A DNA stretch of 64,000 nucleotides from an uncultured Ignavibacteria bacterium (GTDB taxonomy: Bacteria > Zixibacteria > MSB-5A5 > WJJR01). The stretch lies in NCBI GenBank assembly GCA_964440935.1, contig CAYTTY010000001.1, positions 80,933 through 144,932 of the forward strand, in the 5' to 3' direction. Below are positions 10,250 to 18,388 of this stretch, piece after piece. A program made the translations under genes and the position numbers. Under the pieces are notes generated by a model, which worked only from the letters and a program-made list of their open reading frames with translations, did not search any database and was not told the DNA's origin. Position 1 is the first letter of the stretch. Each line of letters opens with the position of its first letter.

Positions 10250-11320
10250 TTGACCACGCAGGTCAGAACGGGACTGGACGATATGGCAGGACAGGACAAT
10301 ATTCGCGTTGGAATGATCGGACTGGGAGCTTGGGGGAAAAACCTCCTGCGAGAGTTTTATCACGGTCCGCAATCGGTGGTCCCGATTGCCAGTGATACCG
10401 ACAAAGCGGCCCGTGATCGTGCCCGCGACCAATACGATGGACTTGAATTAACGGGCAACCCGGAAGACGTACTCAATGCCGACGTTGATGCGGTCGTGGT
10501 TGCCACCCCGCCCGAGACGCATTACGCACTTGCCTCTACGGCCATCAAGAATGGGAAAGATGTATTCGTCGAAAAGCCGCTGGTATTAGACGTTGACGAG
10601 GGGCGCCACCTGACCGCCGAAGCCGAAGAGGCTGGACGCATTCTCATGGTGGGGCATATCATGATGTACCACCCGGCAGTCGACTGGCTAAAGGCGCACG
10701 TCAAGGAGGATGGTCTTGGTCCCGTCTACTATCTTTATGCGACACGTACCAATCTCGGACGTGTGCGCGAAATCGAGAACGCCATGTGGTCGTTTGCCCC
10801 GCATGACATCTCGATGATGTCGTACATCCTCGGTGCCCAGCCCGTCCGTGTCGCCGCCGTCGGGCAGTCCTATTTGCGAACCGGTATTGAGGATGTGACA
10901 TTCCTCACACTCTGGTATTCCCAAAACCGCATGGCGCACATTCACACCAGTTGGCTTGACCCGCATAAGGTGCGGTCGTTGACGATTGTCGGTCAAAAAC
11001 GGATGGCGGTGTTCTCCGATACGACGCCAACGCAACGCATCACGATCTTTGACAAAGGTGTCGACCGTGAATTTGACTACAACTCGTATGCCGAATACCT
11101 GACGTTGCGCACGGGCGAAGCGCACATTCCGCAAATTGATAACACCCAGCCACTCGCCATCGAGTGCCAGCACTTCATCGACCGTGTGCGCGACCGCCAA
11201 TCGCCGCGCACCGATGGGCACAACGGTGTCGCGGTGCTGCAGGTTCTGGCATCGGCACAACAATCACTAAAATCCGGCGGCATTCCGGTCGACATTCCCC
11301 CGCTGGAGGAGCGTGCATGA
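10250..11320 (+). CDS. Gfo/Idh/MocA-family NAD-dependent oxidoreductase (WbpB/WlbA-like UDP-sugar 3-dehydrogenase)
   Basis: Rossmann motif IRVGMIGLGAWGKN. The TTG start at 10250 has an AAGGAG Shine-Dalgarno 5 nt upstream; an alternative ATG lies at 10283. Position next to the acetyltransferase and DegT aminotransferase mirrors WbpB-WbpD-WbpE. Confidence 0.8.
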   Translation: MTTQVRTGLDDMAGQDNIRVGMIGLGAWGKNLLREFYHGPQSVVPIASDTDKAARDRARDQYDGLELTGNPEDVLNADVDAVVVATPPETHYALASTAIKNGKDVFVEKPLVLDVDEGRHLTAEAEEAGRILMVGHIMMYHPAVDWLKAHVKEDGLGPVYYLYATRTNLGRVREIENAMWSFAPHDISMMSYILGAQPVRVAAVGQSYLRTGIEDVTFLTLWYSQNRMAHIHTSWLDPHKVRSLTIVGQKRMAVFSDTTPTQRITIFDKGVDREFDYNSYAEYLTLRTGEAHIPQIDNTQPLAIECQHFIDRVRDRQSPRTDGHNGVAVLQVLASAQQSLKSGGIPVDIPPLEERA

Positions 11321-12087
11321 GCATTGTTATTGATCCCACGGCCCACGTAGCGGAAGATATTCGCTGGGGCGAGTTCTGTGTTGTTGGACCCGGAGCCGAA
11401 GTCGGCCCCGGTTGTGTGATTGGCCACCATGTTGTATTGGGTGCCGGCGCGGTGATTGGCGCAAATGTGCGCATTGATGATGGCGCCGTTATCGGTAAAC
11501 ACCCCATGCGTGCGGCGAATTCGGCCGTCACCAAAGACCAGGAGTTGCCTCCCGCGCGCATTGGGGATGATTGCATTATCGGCACGCATGTTGTCATCTA
11601 CCGTGGCGCGACGCTCGGCCGGCGCGTGTTGGTCGCCGATCTGGCCACCGTGCGCGAAGACGTCACCATCGGTGATTTCACCATCGTTGGGCGCGGTGTC
11701 GCGATTGAAAACAAGTGCACAATCGGCCGCTATGTGAAACTCGAAACCAACGTCTACATCACCGCCTACTCCGAGATTGGTGATCGCGTTTTTGTGGCGC
11801 CCGGTGCTTTGACATCAAACGACAATTTCGTCGGCCGCACTGAAGAACGCTTCAAGCATTTCAAGGGCATAGTGGTCGAACGCGGCGGACGCATCGGCGT
11901 CGGCGCGGTCATCCTGCCCGGCAAACATGTCGGTGACGATGCCCTCGTCGCGGCTGGGGCACTGGTCACGAAAGACGTTCCCGCCAAGCGGATCGTCGGT
12001 GGTATCCCCGCCAAAGACATGCGTGAAGTACCGGCCGAACAATTGCTCGATGCGCAGAACTGGCCGGATGTTAAAGGACAGGCTTGA
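11317..12087 (+). CDS. hexapeptide-repeat acetyltransferase (WbpD/WlbB-like UDP-3-amino-sugar N-acetyltransferase)
   Basis: The ATG at 11317 overlaps the upstream TGA (ATGA). The product MSIVIDPTAHV... carries repeated [LIV]-G-x-x-x-x hexapeptides (left-handed beta-helix). The track ORF 11164.. is the same frame extended into the upstream gene. Confidence 0.8.
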   Translation: MSIVIDPTAHVAEDIRWGEFCVVGPGAEVGPGCVIGHHVVLGAGAVIGANVRIDDGAVIGKHPMRAANSAVTKDQELPPARIGDDCIIGTHVVIYRGATLGRRVLVADLATVREDVTIGDFTIVGRGVAIENKCTIGRYVKLETNVYITAYSEIGDRVFVAPGALTSNDNFVGRTEERFKHFKGIVVERGGRIGVGAVILPGKHVGDDALVAAGALVTKDVPAKRIVGGIPAKDMREVPAEQLLDAQNWPDVKGQA

Positions 12088-12171
12088 GACCAATCACCTG
12101 CTGGACGGTCCACGTTGCGACCCTAGCACGACTCTACCGCTCCGCACATTATCATTGGAAGGATTAATGCC

Positions 12172-13275
12172 ATGGCAGTGCCCTTGATGGATCTGACACG
12201 CCAATATCAATCACTGAAGTCGGACATCGACACGGCCGTACGGCGGGTGTTCGAACATTCCCGTTTCATCCTGGGACCCGAGGTGGGCGACTTCGAAAAT
12301 GCCATCGCACAGAAGCTCGGTGTAAAACAGGCCGTCGGCGTGGCGTCCGGATCCGATGCGCTGATCCTGGGGTTGCATGCGGTGGGTGTCGGTCCACAGG
12401 ATGAAGTCGTTGTCCCGGCATTTTCGTTCTTTGCGTCGGCCGGTTCGGTCAGCCGGTTGTGGGCCAAACCGGTATTCTGCGATATTCGCCCCGACGATTA
12501 CAACATGAACCCCGAGGGGTTGGAAAAGGCCATTACCCCCAGGACGAAGGCGATCATGCCGGTGCACCTGTATGGTCAACTGGCCGATATGGAACCGATC
12601 AAGACAATCGCCGCCGCGCACAACATTCCCGTTGTGGAAGACGCAGCCCAGGCCATCGGTGCGACGCACAAGGGCACAGTGGCCGGACGGTGGGGACATG
12701 CTGGTTGTTTTTCATTCTTCCCGACGAAGAATCTGGGAGCCGCCGGTGACGGAGGCATGGTCGTCAGTGATCACGAGGACATTGCCGAGCGCGTGCGCCT
12801 GCTGCGTACGCATGGCGCCCGGCCCAAATACTTTCACAAGCTGATCGGCTTCAATTCACGACTCGATGCCCTGCAGGCCGCCTTGTTGAGAGTGAAACTC
12901 GCGCATCTGGACGCCTGGACCGAATGGCGTCGCGCATTGGCCGATGTCTATGACCGTGAACTGGAGGGCGTCGGCGATCTCATACTGCCCAAGCGCAATG
13001 GCGACGGCTATCACATCTTCCATCAATACACGCTGGCGACCGAGAAACGCGATGTTATGCGCGATCATCTCAAGGCCAAAGGCATCGGCGTCGAGGTATA
13101 CTATCCCGTACCGCTGCATCTCCAGGAATGCTACGCCGATCTCGGTGGCAAGCCGGGTGATCTCCCGGTGGCTGAAAAAGCGGCCCAAACGGTGTTCTCA
13201 ATTCCTATCTTCCCGGACATGACCGAATCTGAACAGGCAGAAGTGATCGACGCGGTCAAATCGTTTTTTGCCTAA
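12172..13275 (+). CDS. DegT/DnrJ/EryC1/StrS-family PLP-dependent sugar aminotransferase (WbpE/WlbC-like)
   Basis: N-terminus M..PLMDLTRQY...RFILGPEVGDFE is diagnostic of DegT-family enzymes. A GAAGDGG segment and ~365 aa length fit. Confidence 0.85.
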   Translation: MAVPLMDLTRQYQSLKSDIDTAVRRVFEHSRFILGPEVGDFENAIAQKLGVKQAVGVASGSDALILGLHAVGVGPQDEVVVPAFSFFASAGSVSRLWAKPVFCDIRPDDYNMNPEGLEKAITPRTKAIMPVHLYGQLADMEPIKTIAAAHNIPVVEDAAQAIGATHKGTVAGRWGHAGCFSFFPTKNLGAAGDGGMVVSDHEDIAERVRLLRTHGARPKYFHKLIGFNSRLDALQAALLRVKLAHLDAWTEWRRALADVYDRELEGVGDLILPKRNGDGYHIFHQYTLATEKRDVMRDHLKAKGIGVEVYYPVPLHLQECYADLGGKPGDLPVAEKAAQTVFSIPIFPDMTESEQAEVIDAVKSFFA

Positions 13276-13285
13276 CGGATAGCGC

Positions 13286-14422
13286 ATGGTCCGAACGAGC
13301 GCACGCACACCATCGACCAAACGCAAGCGCACCACGAAGCGCCCGTTGATCGCGTGCGTCTTTGGCACGCGTCCGCAATTGATCAAACTCGCGTCGGTGT
13401 GGCAACTGCTGTCGCAAGAGAGCCGACTCCTGCTGATCGATTCCGGCCAGCACTATGATCACGCGATGGCGGGAACATTCTACGCCGGCAAAAGGATTCG
13501 GACTCCCGATATCAATCTGGGGATTAAGGCCAAGTCGGCGGGGTCGCAGGTGGCCCGCATCGCAGTGGCGCTCGATTCAATTTTGACCAAGCGACGGCCG
13601 GATGCTGTTGTGACATTCGGCGATACCAGCACGACCGCCGGCGCGGCCATCGCGGCTGCGTACCAGAACATCCCCGTTGCACACATCGAAGCTGGCTTGC
13701 GCTCATTTGACTTGCGGGCCGCCGAAGAAAAAAACCGCGTACTGACCGATCATCTCTCCCAGTGGCTGTTCTGTCCCACGCAAACCGCCATTGCCAATCT
13801 AAAAAACGAAGGAATCACCAGCGGTGTATTCGGCGTTGGTGATGTGTTGTATGAGACATATCGCGAGCTCCAGACGCGTGCGACATCGAATGATCTCCTC
13901 GCGTCGTTCGGATTGACACACAGAGATTACTACTTCGTCACGTGTCATCGGGCGGAAACGACGGACGATCCGGAGCGCCTGCGCGCTTTGGTGACGGTGC
14001 TGGAAGACCTCGACCGGCCGACACTGTTTGCGGTTCATCCGCGTGCCCGTAAGAACCTCATTCGTCGGCGACTGTGGCGGCGTCTTAAGCGCATTACAAC
14101 TCTGCACTTGGTAGCACCGTTTGATCACGAAACAACCGTCGCGGCGATTGCCGGGGCCAAGGCCGTTCTGACCGATTCCGGCGGTGTTCAACGGGAGGCG
14201 TATTGGTCGCGGGTCCCGTGTCTGGTGCTGCGCGATCGGACCGAGTGGGTGGAGCTGACAAACTGCCGTGCGGTGCGGGTGGTCGACTTGGATCTGACCC
14301 GGATCCGTCAGGCACTGCAAACACGGTGGTCAATCCGTACGACCAGGGACAAACACTTTCGTAAGCACAATGCCTCTCAGAGAATCGTGCAGGTGCTGCT
14401 GCGCGATCTGGCACCGCGCTAA
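13286..14422 (+). CDS. UDP-N-acetylglucosamine 2-epimerase (non-hydrolysing; WecB/WbpI-like)
   Basis: FGTRPQLIKLA...DSGQHYD...HIEAGLRSFD motifs match the WecB family. The basic N-terminal extension suggests the real start may be at the internal TTG ~13346. Confidence 0.8.
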   Translation: MVRTSARTPSTKRKRTTKRPLIACVFGTRPQLIKLASVWQLLSQESRLLLIDSGQHYDHAMAGTFYAGKRIRTPDINLGIKAKSAGSQVARIAVALDSILTKRRPDAVVTFGDTSTTAGAAIAAAYQNIPVAHIEAGLRSFDLRAAEEKNRVLTDHLSQWLFCPTQTAIANLKNEGITSGVFGVGDVLYETYRELQTRATSNDLLASFGLTHRDYYFVTCHRAETTDDPERLRALVTVLEDLDRPTLFAVHPRARKNLIRRRLWRRLKRITTLHLVAPFDHETTVAAIAGAKAVLTDSGGVQREAYWSRVPCLVLRDRTEWVELTNCRAVRVVDLDLTRIRQALQTRWSIRTTRDKHFRKHNASQRIVQVLLRDLAPR

Positions 14423-14451
14423 ACCCGTCATTCAGCCGAAACCGTCACGCC

Positions 14452-15990
14452 ATGTCCGAACCCACCCTGCGCCAGGCCGGAGCGACCGTCATCATTCTGG
14501 TGATTGTCGTGAAAGTCGTTGGGTTTGTGCGTGAAGCCGTGATCGCCGGAGTGTACGGTACGACCCGCGTGGTGGATACATACCTGGCGGCCATCACCAT
14601 CCCGGCGATCTTCACCAACCTGGTCTTCCAGGCATTACCGAATGCATTCGTTCCGTTGTTTACTCCCGGGAACGCGCCGACGCGCGCCCGACGGTTGGCG
14701 ATCCAATTGTTGGTCATGTCACTTGGAGTCTCCGTGTTGCTATGGCTGAGCGCACCCTGGGTCGCCTTGGTCACCAACAGCGGTTTTGCTCCCGAATTGA
14801 AACGGCAGACCATCAGTCTCATCCGCATTGCCGCAGGCGGCGTACTCCTTGCGACGTTTGAAGCGCTGGGGCGGAGCCGGCTGATCGCCCAGCGCCGGTT
14901 TGTGCAGTCGGGATTGTCGCAACTGTGGTCGAGCGTGACGGTGATTATCGCCGTTGTCCTCTTCGTGGACGCCGGCGCATATGCCCTGATGTGGGGATTG
15001 GTGATTGGCATTGGCGTGATTGGAATCTGGAATGTGCTGCCGTTGAGCCACCGTCCGACAAGGCCGACCGAAGCGGCCGATGCTCAGCAGCCATCCGTTC
15101 CGGATGGCAGTTGGGTGGCCGTTGTCGTTCTCTTAACCGTCATTGCATCGCTCAATGGACTCATCGATCGGCACCTGGGCTCGTACCTGGAAGCGGGTTC
15201 GCTGGCCGCACTGCAATACGCGAATTTGATTGCCACGCAGCCGGTGGCAATTTGCGGCATTACGATCGCCACCGCCATCTTCCCGTACCTGACACAGAAA
15301 CTCTCAGCCGGTAATCGCGACGGTACGATGTCGCTGCTGGATCGCGCCATCCGGTGGTCGATGCTGGGTGGGATCCCGTCGGCCGTGATGGTGATCGTTT
15401 TCGCTCCCGAGATCTTGCAGATTTTGCTCGAGCGTGGCGAATTCGACATGCATTCGCGTGCCATTACCAGTGGCGCCTTGGCCATCTACGGATTCTGGAT
15501 GATCCCCGCCGTGGTCAGCGCCGTGGTGGCCAAAGTCCATTACTCCGCGCGTGGGGTACGGGCGCTTGTGTGGGCGACGGTGATCGGATTGGTGATCAAA
15601 GTCGGCGCCAGTTTCTGGTGGGTTGAACCGTTTGGCATTGCGGGGCTGGCGGGATCAAGCGCGGCGACACTGACAGCATACCTGATCGTCCTGACCGTTG
15701 CACTTCCGGGTTGGCTGAAATTCCCCCTTTGGAGGGGATGGGTGTCGGCAGCGGTCGTGCTCGCGGGGGTGACCGTTTTGGGAGCATTGGTTGGCGTGGT
15801 AGCCGCACGGTTGATTCCGATTCCTCCGGGCAAACTCGAGGCCTATATTCCCGTTGGGATCGCCACGATCACAACCATCGCGCTGCTGGCGACAGCAGCA
15901 CCGGCCCTGGGTGTTCAGGAACCGCGCCGGCTCATGGAGATGGCCAAGCCGTATCTCACTCGCAATCGTGGCACAGATGCCCACAAATAA
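14452..15990 (+). CDS. MurJ/MviN-family (MOP superfamily) lipid-linked oligosaccharide flippase
   Basis: N-terminus VVGFVREAVIAGVYGTTRVVDTYLAAITIPAIF aligns with the MurJ consensus (RVLGFxRDxxIAxxFG...DAFFVAFKxPN). ~14 predicted transmembrane helices; 512 aa. Confidence 0.8.
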   Translation: MSEPTLRQAGATVIILVIVVKVVGFVREAVIAGVYGTTRVVDTYLAAITIPAIFTNLVFQALPNAFVPLFTPGNAPTRARRLAIQLLVMSLGVSVLLWLSAPWVALVTNSGFAPELKRQTISLIRIAAGGVLLATFEALGRSRLIAQRRFVQSGLSQLWSSVTVIIAVVLFVDAGAYALMWGLVIGIGVIGIWNVLPLSHRPTRPTEAADAQQPSVPDGSWVAVVVLLTVIASLNGLIDRHLGSYLEAGSLAALQYANLIATQPVAICGITIATAIFPYLTQKLSAGNRDGTMSLLDRAIRWSMLGGIPSAVMVIVFAPEILQILLERGEFDMHSRAITSGALAIYGFWMIPAVVSAVVAKVHYSARGVRALVWATVIGLVIKVGASFWWVEPFGIAGLAGSSAATLTAYLIVLTVALPGWLKFPLWRGWVSAAVVLAGVTVLGALVGVVAARLIPIPPGKLEAYIPVGIATITTIALLATAAPALGVQEPRRLMEMAKPYLTRNRGTDAHK

Positions 15991-16021
15991 GTGAATCCGA
16001 AGCAAGCAGTTCCCATCTCGA

Positions 16022-17203
16022 ATGCCAACATCAGCGATCACGACCGTCATTGTCATTCACGCGCCCCAACCCTGGACCCGTGCCAACCGCCGGTGGGCAT
16101 TCCGTGCACTTGCTGACACACTGCCCGATCATGCGGGGATTCTCATCGTGGATCGGCCTGTCGATTGTGTGACCACCCCCTGGCGCGATCCCCAACGGGC
16201 ACGGCGTGGTATCTGGTCCACCCGAATCGAGCGGGAAAACCAACGGCTTGCCGTCGTCCATCCACGGCTCCCGCTACACGAGTTGCTTGCCGCACGTCTC
16301 CCCGGCGTCACGCGACTCAACACCCACTTCATGTCTCGTCAATTACGACGTGCCCTCAAACAGGTATATCCAGATGTACGACAAATCATTCAGTGGCTGC
16401 ACAATGCCGAGCAGGCGTGGATGTACGATGCGATTGACGGTTGCGGACGGGTGTATCATTGCTATGATGAATACAACTATGACTCCAACGGAGACTTCCT
16501 TCCCCGCCGGTGGGCCGTCGAACAAGCCGTATTGCAATCGGCGGATGTGACATTTGTCACGTCCTCGGTACTGATTTCACGGCGAGCGCACCTTGCCCGG
16601 CGATTGGAAATGCTGCCCAACGGCATGCCCGAGTTCTTTCTCACTCCCGACGTCGGCACTGACGATGTGATTGCCGCGACTCCCAAACCGCGCCTTGGCT
16701 ATGTCGGAAATATCTTTCCGCTGATCGACTTTGCGATGTTAGCGGCTGTAATGCAACGGCGGCCAGAGTGGCATTTGGTGATGGTCGGTCCGATTCACCG
16801 GACGGCTGACGTGTCACTGTTGCGCTCGCTTCCAAACGTGCACTTTGTCGGTCCCCGTCCGCATGAACAGCTACCGAGCGTGATGCGATATTTTGACGTT
16901 GGGTTGATCCCGATGATCATCAATGGTTTTACCAAACCGCTGACACCATTGAAACTCTTTGAATATATGGCGTGTGGTGTTCCGGTTGTCAGCACGAAAT
17001 TCCCCGAGCTTGAACAATATGCATCGGATATTGAACTGGTCGATTGCAGTAGCGGTGCATTCGAAGAGGCCATTGCGCGCACGTTGCGACGTGATCGATC
17101 GCACACCGCTACGCGACTTCGGGAGATCGCCCGTACACGAACGTGGACAGCCATTAACCGCGAATTTGTGGTTCCGATATTACGGGACGTGTTTTCATTT
17201 TAG
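16022..17203 (+). CDS. glycosyltransferase (GT-B fold, GT4-like)
   Basis: C-terminal region FVGPRPHEQLPSVMRYFDVGLIPMI...KLFEYMACGVPVVST matches the GT4 donor-binding region (E-x7-E-like). Confidence 0.7.
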   Translation: MPTSAITTVIVIHAPQPWTRANRRWAFRALADTLPDHAGILIVDRPVDCVTTPWRDPQRARRGIWSTRIERENQRLAVVHPRLPLHELLAARLPGVTRLNTHFMSRQLRRALKQVYPDVRQIIQWLHNAEQAWMYDAIDGCGRVYHCYDEYNYDSNGDFLPRRWAVEQAVLQSADVTFVTSSVLISRRAHLARRLEMLPNGMPEFFLTPDVGTDDVIAATPKPRLGYVGNIFPLIDFAMLAAVMQRRPEWHLVMVGPIHRTADVSLLRSLPNVHFVGPRPHEQLPSVMRYFDVGLIPMIINGFTKPLTPLKLFEYMACGVPVVSTKFPELEQYASDIELVDCSSGAFEEAIARTLRRDRSHTATRLREIARTRTWTAINREFVVPILRDVFSF

Positions 17204-17237
17204 CAGGTGAGACGGATCGCTCACTTCATGTCTCCAC

Positions 17238-18251
17238 ATGACATCCTCAACGCCCACCCGTCCATTGGTCCTGATTGTCGCTCCGCGAATCGTCGGGACA
17301 TTCATCGAGCAGGACCGCGCCCTGCTCGCCAACGACTTTGACGTCGAGCTGTATCCATTTTCCGGTGCACGATCATTTGGAACACTTAAGCAACGAATCG
17401 AGAACAGTGACATCATTCTGATCTGGTTCGCCGGACGCCACGCGCCGCCCGCCGTCTGGCTGGCACGACGCTACCGCAAACCAGTTGTGACCATCGTTGG
17501 CGGATACGAAGTCGAGTGGATTCCATCGATCTCGTATGGCGTGCCGCCGAACTCCTGGCGCCGAAGAATTGTCCGATGGGTGTTGAAGAACTCTGACCGG
17601 CTTGTTGCTGTTTCCGGTGTGACTCACCGAAGTGTGTTGCGTGTGGCACCGGAATCCGAAGACAAATTGCATCTGACCTATAATGCGGTCGACACCGAAC
17701 GATTCGCCACGTTATCAAGAGGGGATCGTTACGGTGTCCTCTGTGTTGGCATGATCACCAGACACACGATCAAGGTGAAGGGCTGGGACCGCTTCCGTGA
17801 CATCGCTGCGTCACTGCCGGGGGTGGAGTTTTGTGCGATCGGTCCGTTGGACGATGTCGCCAGGAAGACTCTCGTTGCCGACTCGCCTCCGAACATCACC
17901 TGGAGGGGACAGGTGACCGGACCCGATCTGATTGCCGCCTATCAGCGTGCGTCGGTCTATCTGCAGTGCTCCGTCCACGAGAGCTTCTCGCTGGCTCTGG
18001 CCGAGGCAATGGCCTGTGGATGCATCCCGGTCACAACGCAGGGAGGCGCTCTCCCCGAAGTGGCAGGAGACACGGGTTTCTTCATCGATACCAGTGACAT
18101 CGGCTCGTCGGTACAGACCGTCAGTGAGGCCTTGCAGTCCGACCCGGATCGTCGGAGACACGCTCGCAGGCAGATCGTCGATAACTTCTCGGTGGCAGAC
18201 CGACAACGGAAACTAAGCGAGTTGCTCCTGCGGACCCTTGATAAGGGATAG
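17238..18251 (+). CDS. glycosyltransferase family 4
   Basis: VYLQCSVHESFSLALAEAMACGCIPVTTQGGALPEV is the typical GT4 motif (ESFGxxxxEAMAxGxPVV). Confidence 0.75.
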   Translation: MTSSTPTRPLVLIVAPRIVGTFIEQDRALLANDFDVELYPFSGARSFGTLKQRIENSDIILIWFAGRHAPPAVWLARRYRKPVVTIVGGYEVEWIPSISYGVPPNSWRRRIVRWVLKNSDRLVAVSGVTHRSVLRVAPESEDKLHLTYNAVDTERFATLSRGDRYGVLCVGMITRHTIKVKGWDRFRDIAASLPGVEFCAIGPLDDVARKTLVADSPPNITWRGQVTGPDLIAAYQRASVYLQCSVHESFSLALAEAMACGCIPVTTQGGALPEVAGDTGFFIDTSDIGSSVQTVSEALQSDPDRRRHARRQIVDNFSVADRQRKLSELLLRTLDKG

Positions 18252-18388
18252 ATCGACTTGGATATTGATCGAAGCCGCCGATACTATCTCTAAGTGGCCG
18301 GAAGATGACAACTTAGCGGTACGAAGGCCGACGTCGTCTTGAATATCGTTGGATAGATTGCGTCGAACGCCTTATCATTCATCATGGA

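Noticed and set aside
11164-12087. Upstream extension of the acetyltransferase ORF overlapping the oxidoreductase gene by 150 nt
   Set aside because: The open frame simply continues upstream. The internal ATG at 11317 overlaps the upstream stop (ATGA) and gives a canonical N-terminus (MSIVIDPT...) for hexapeptide acetyltransferases.
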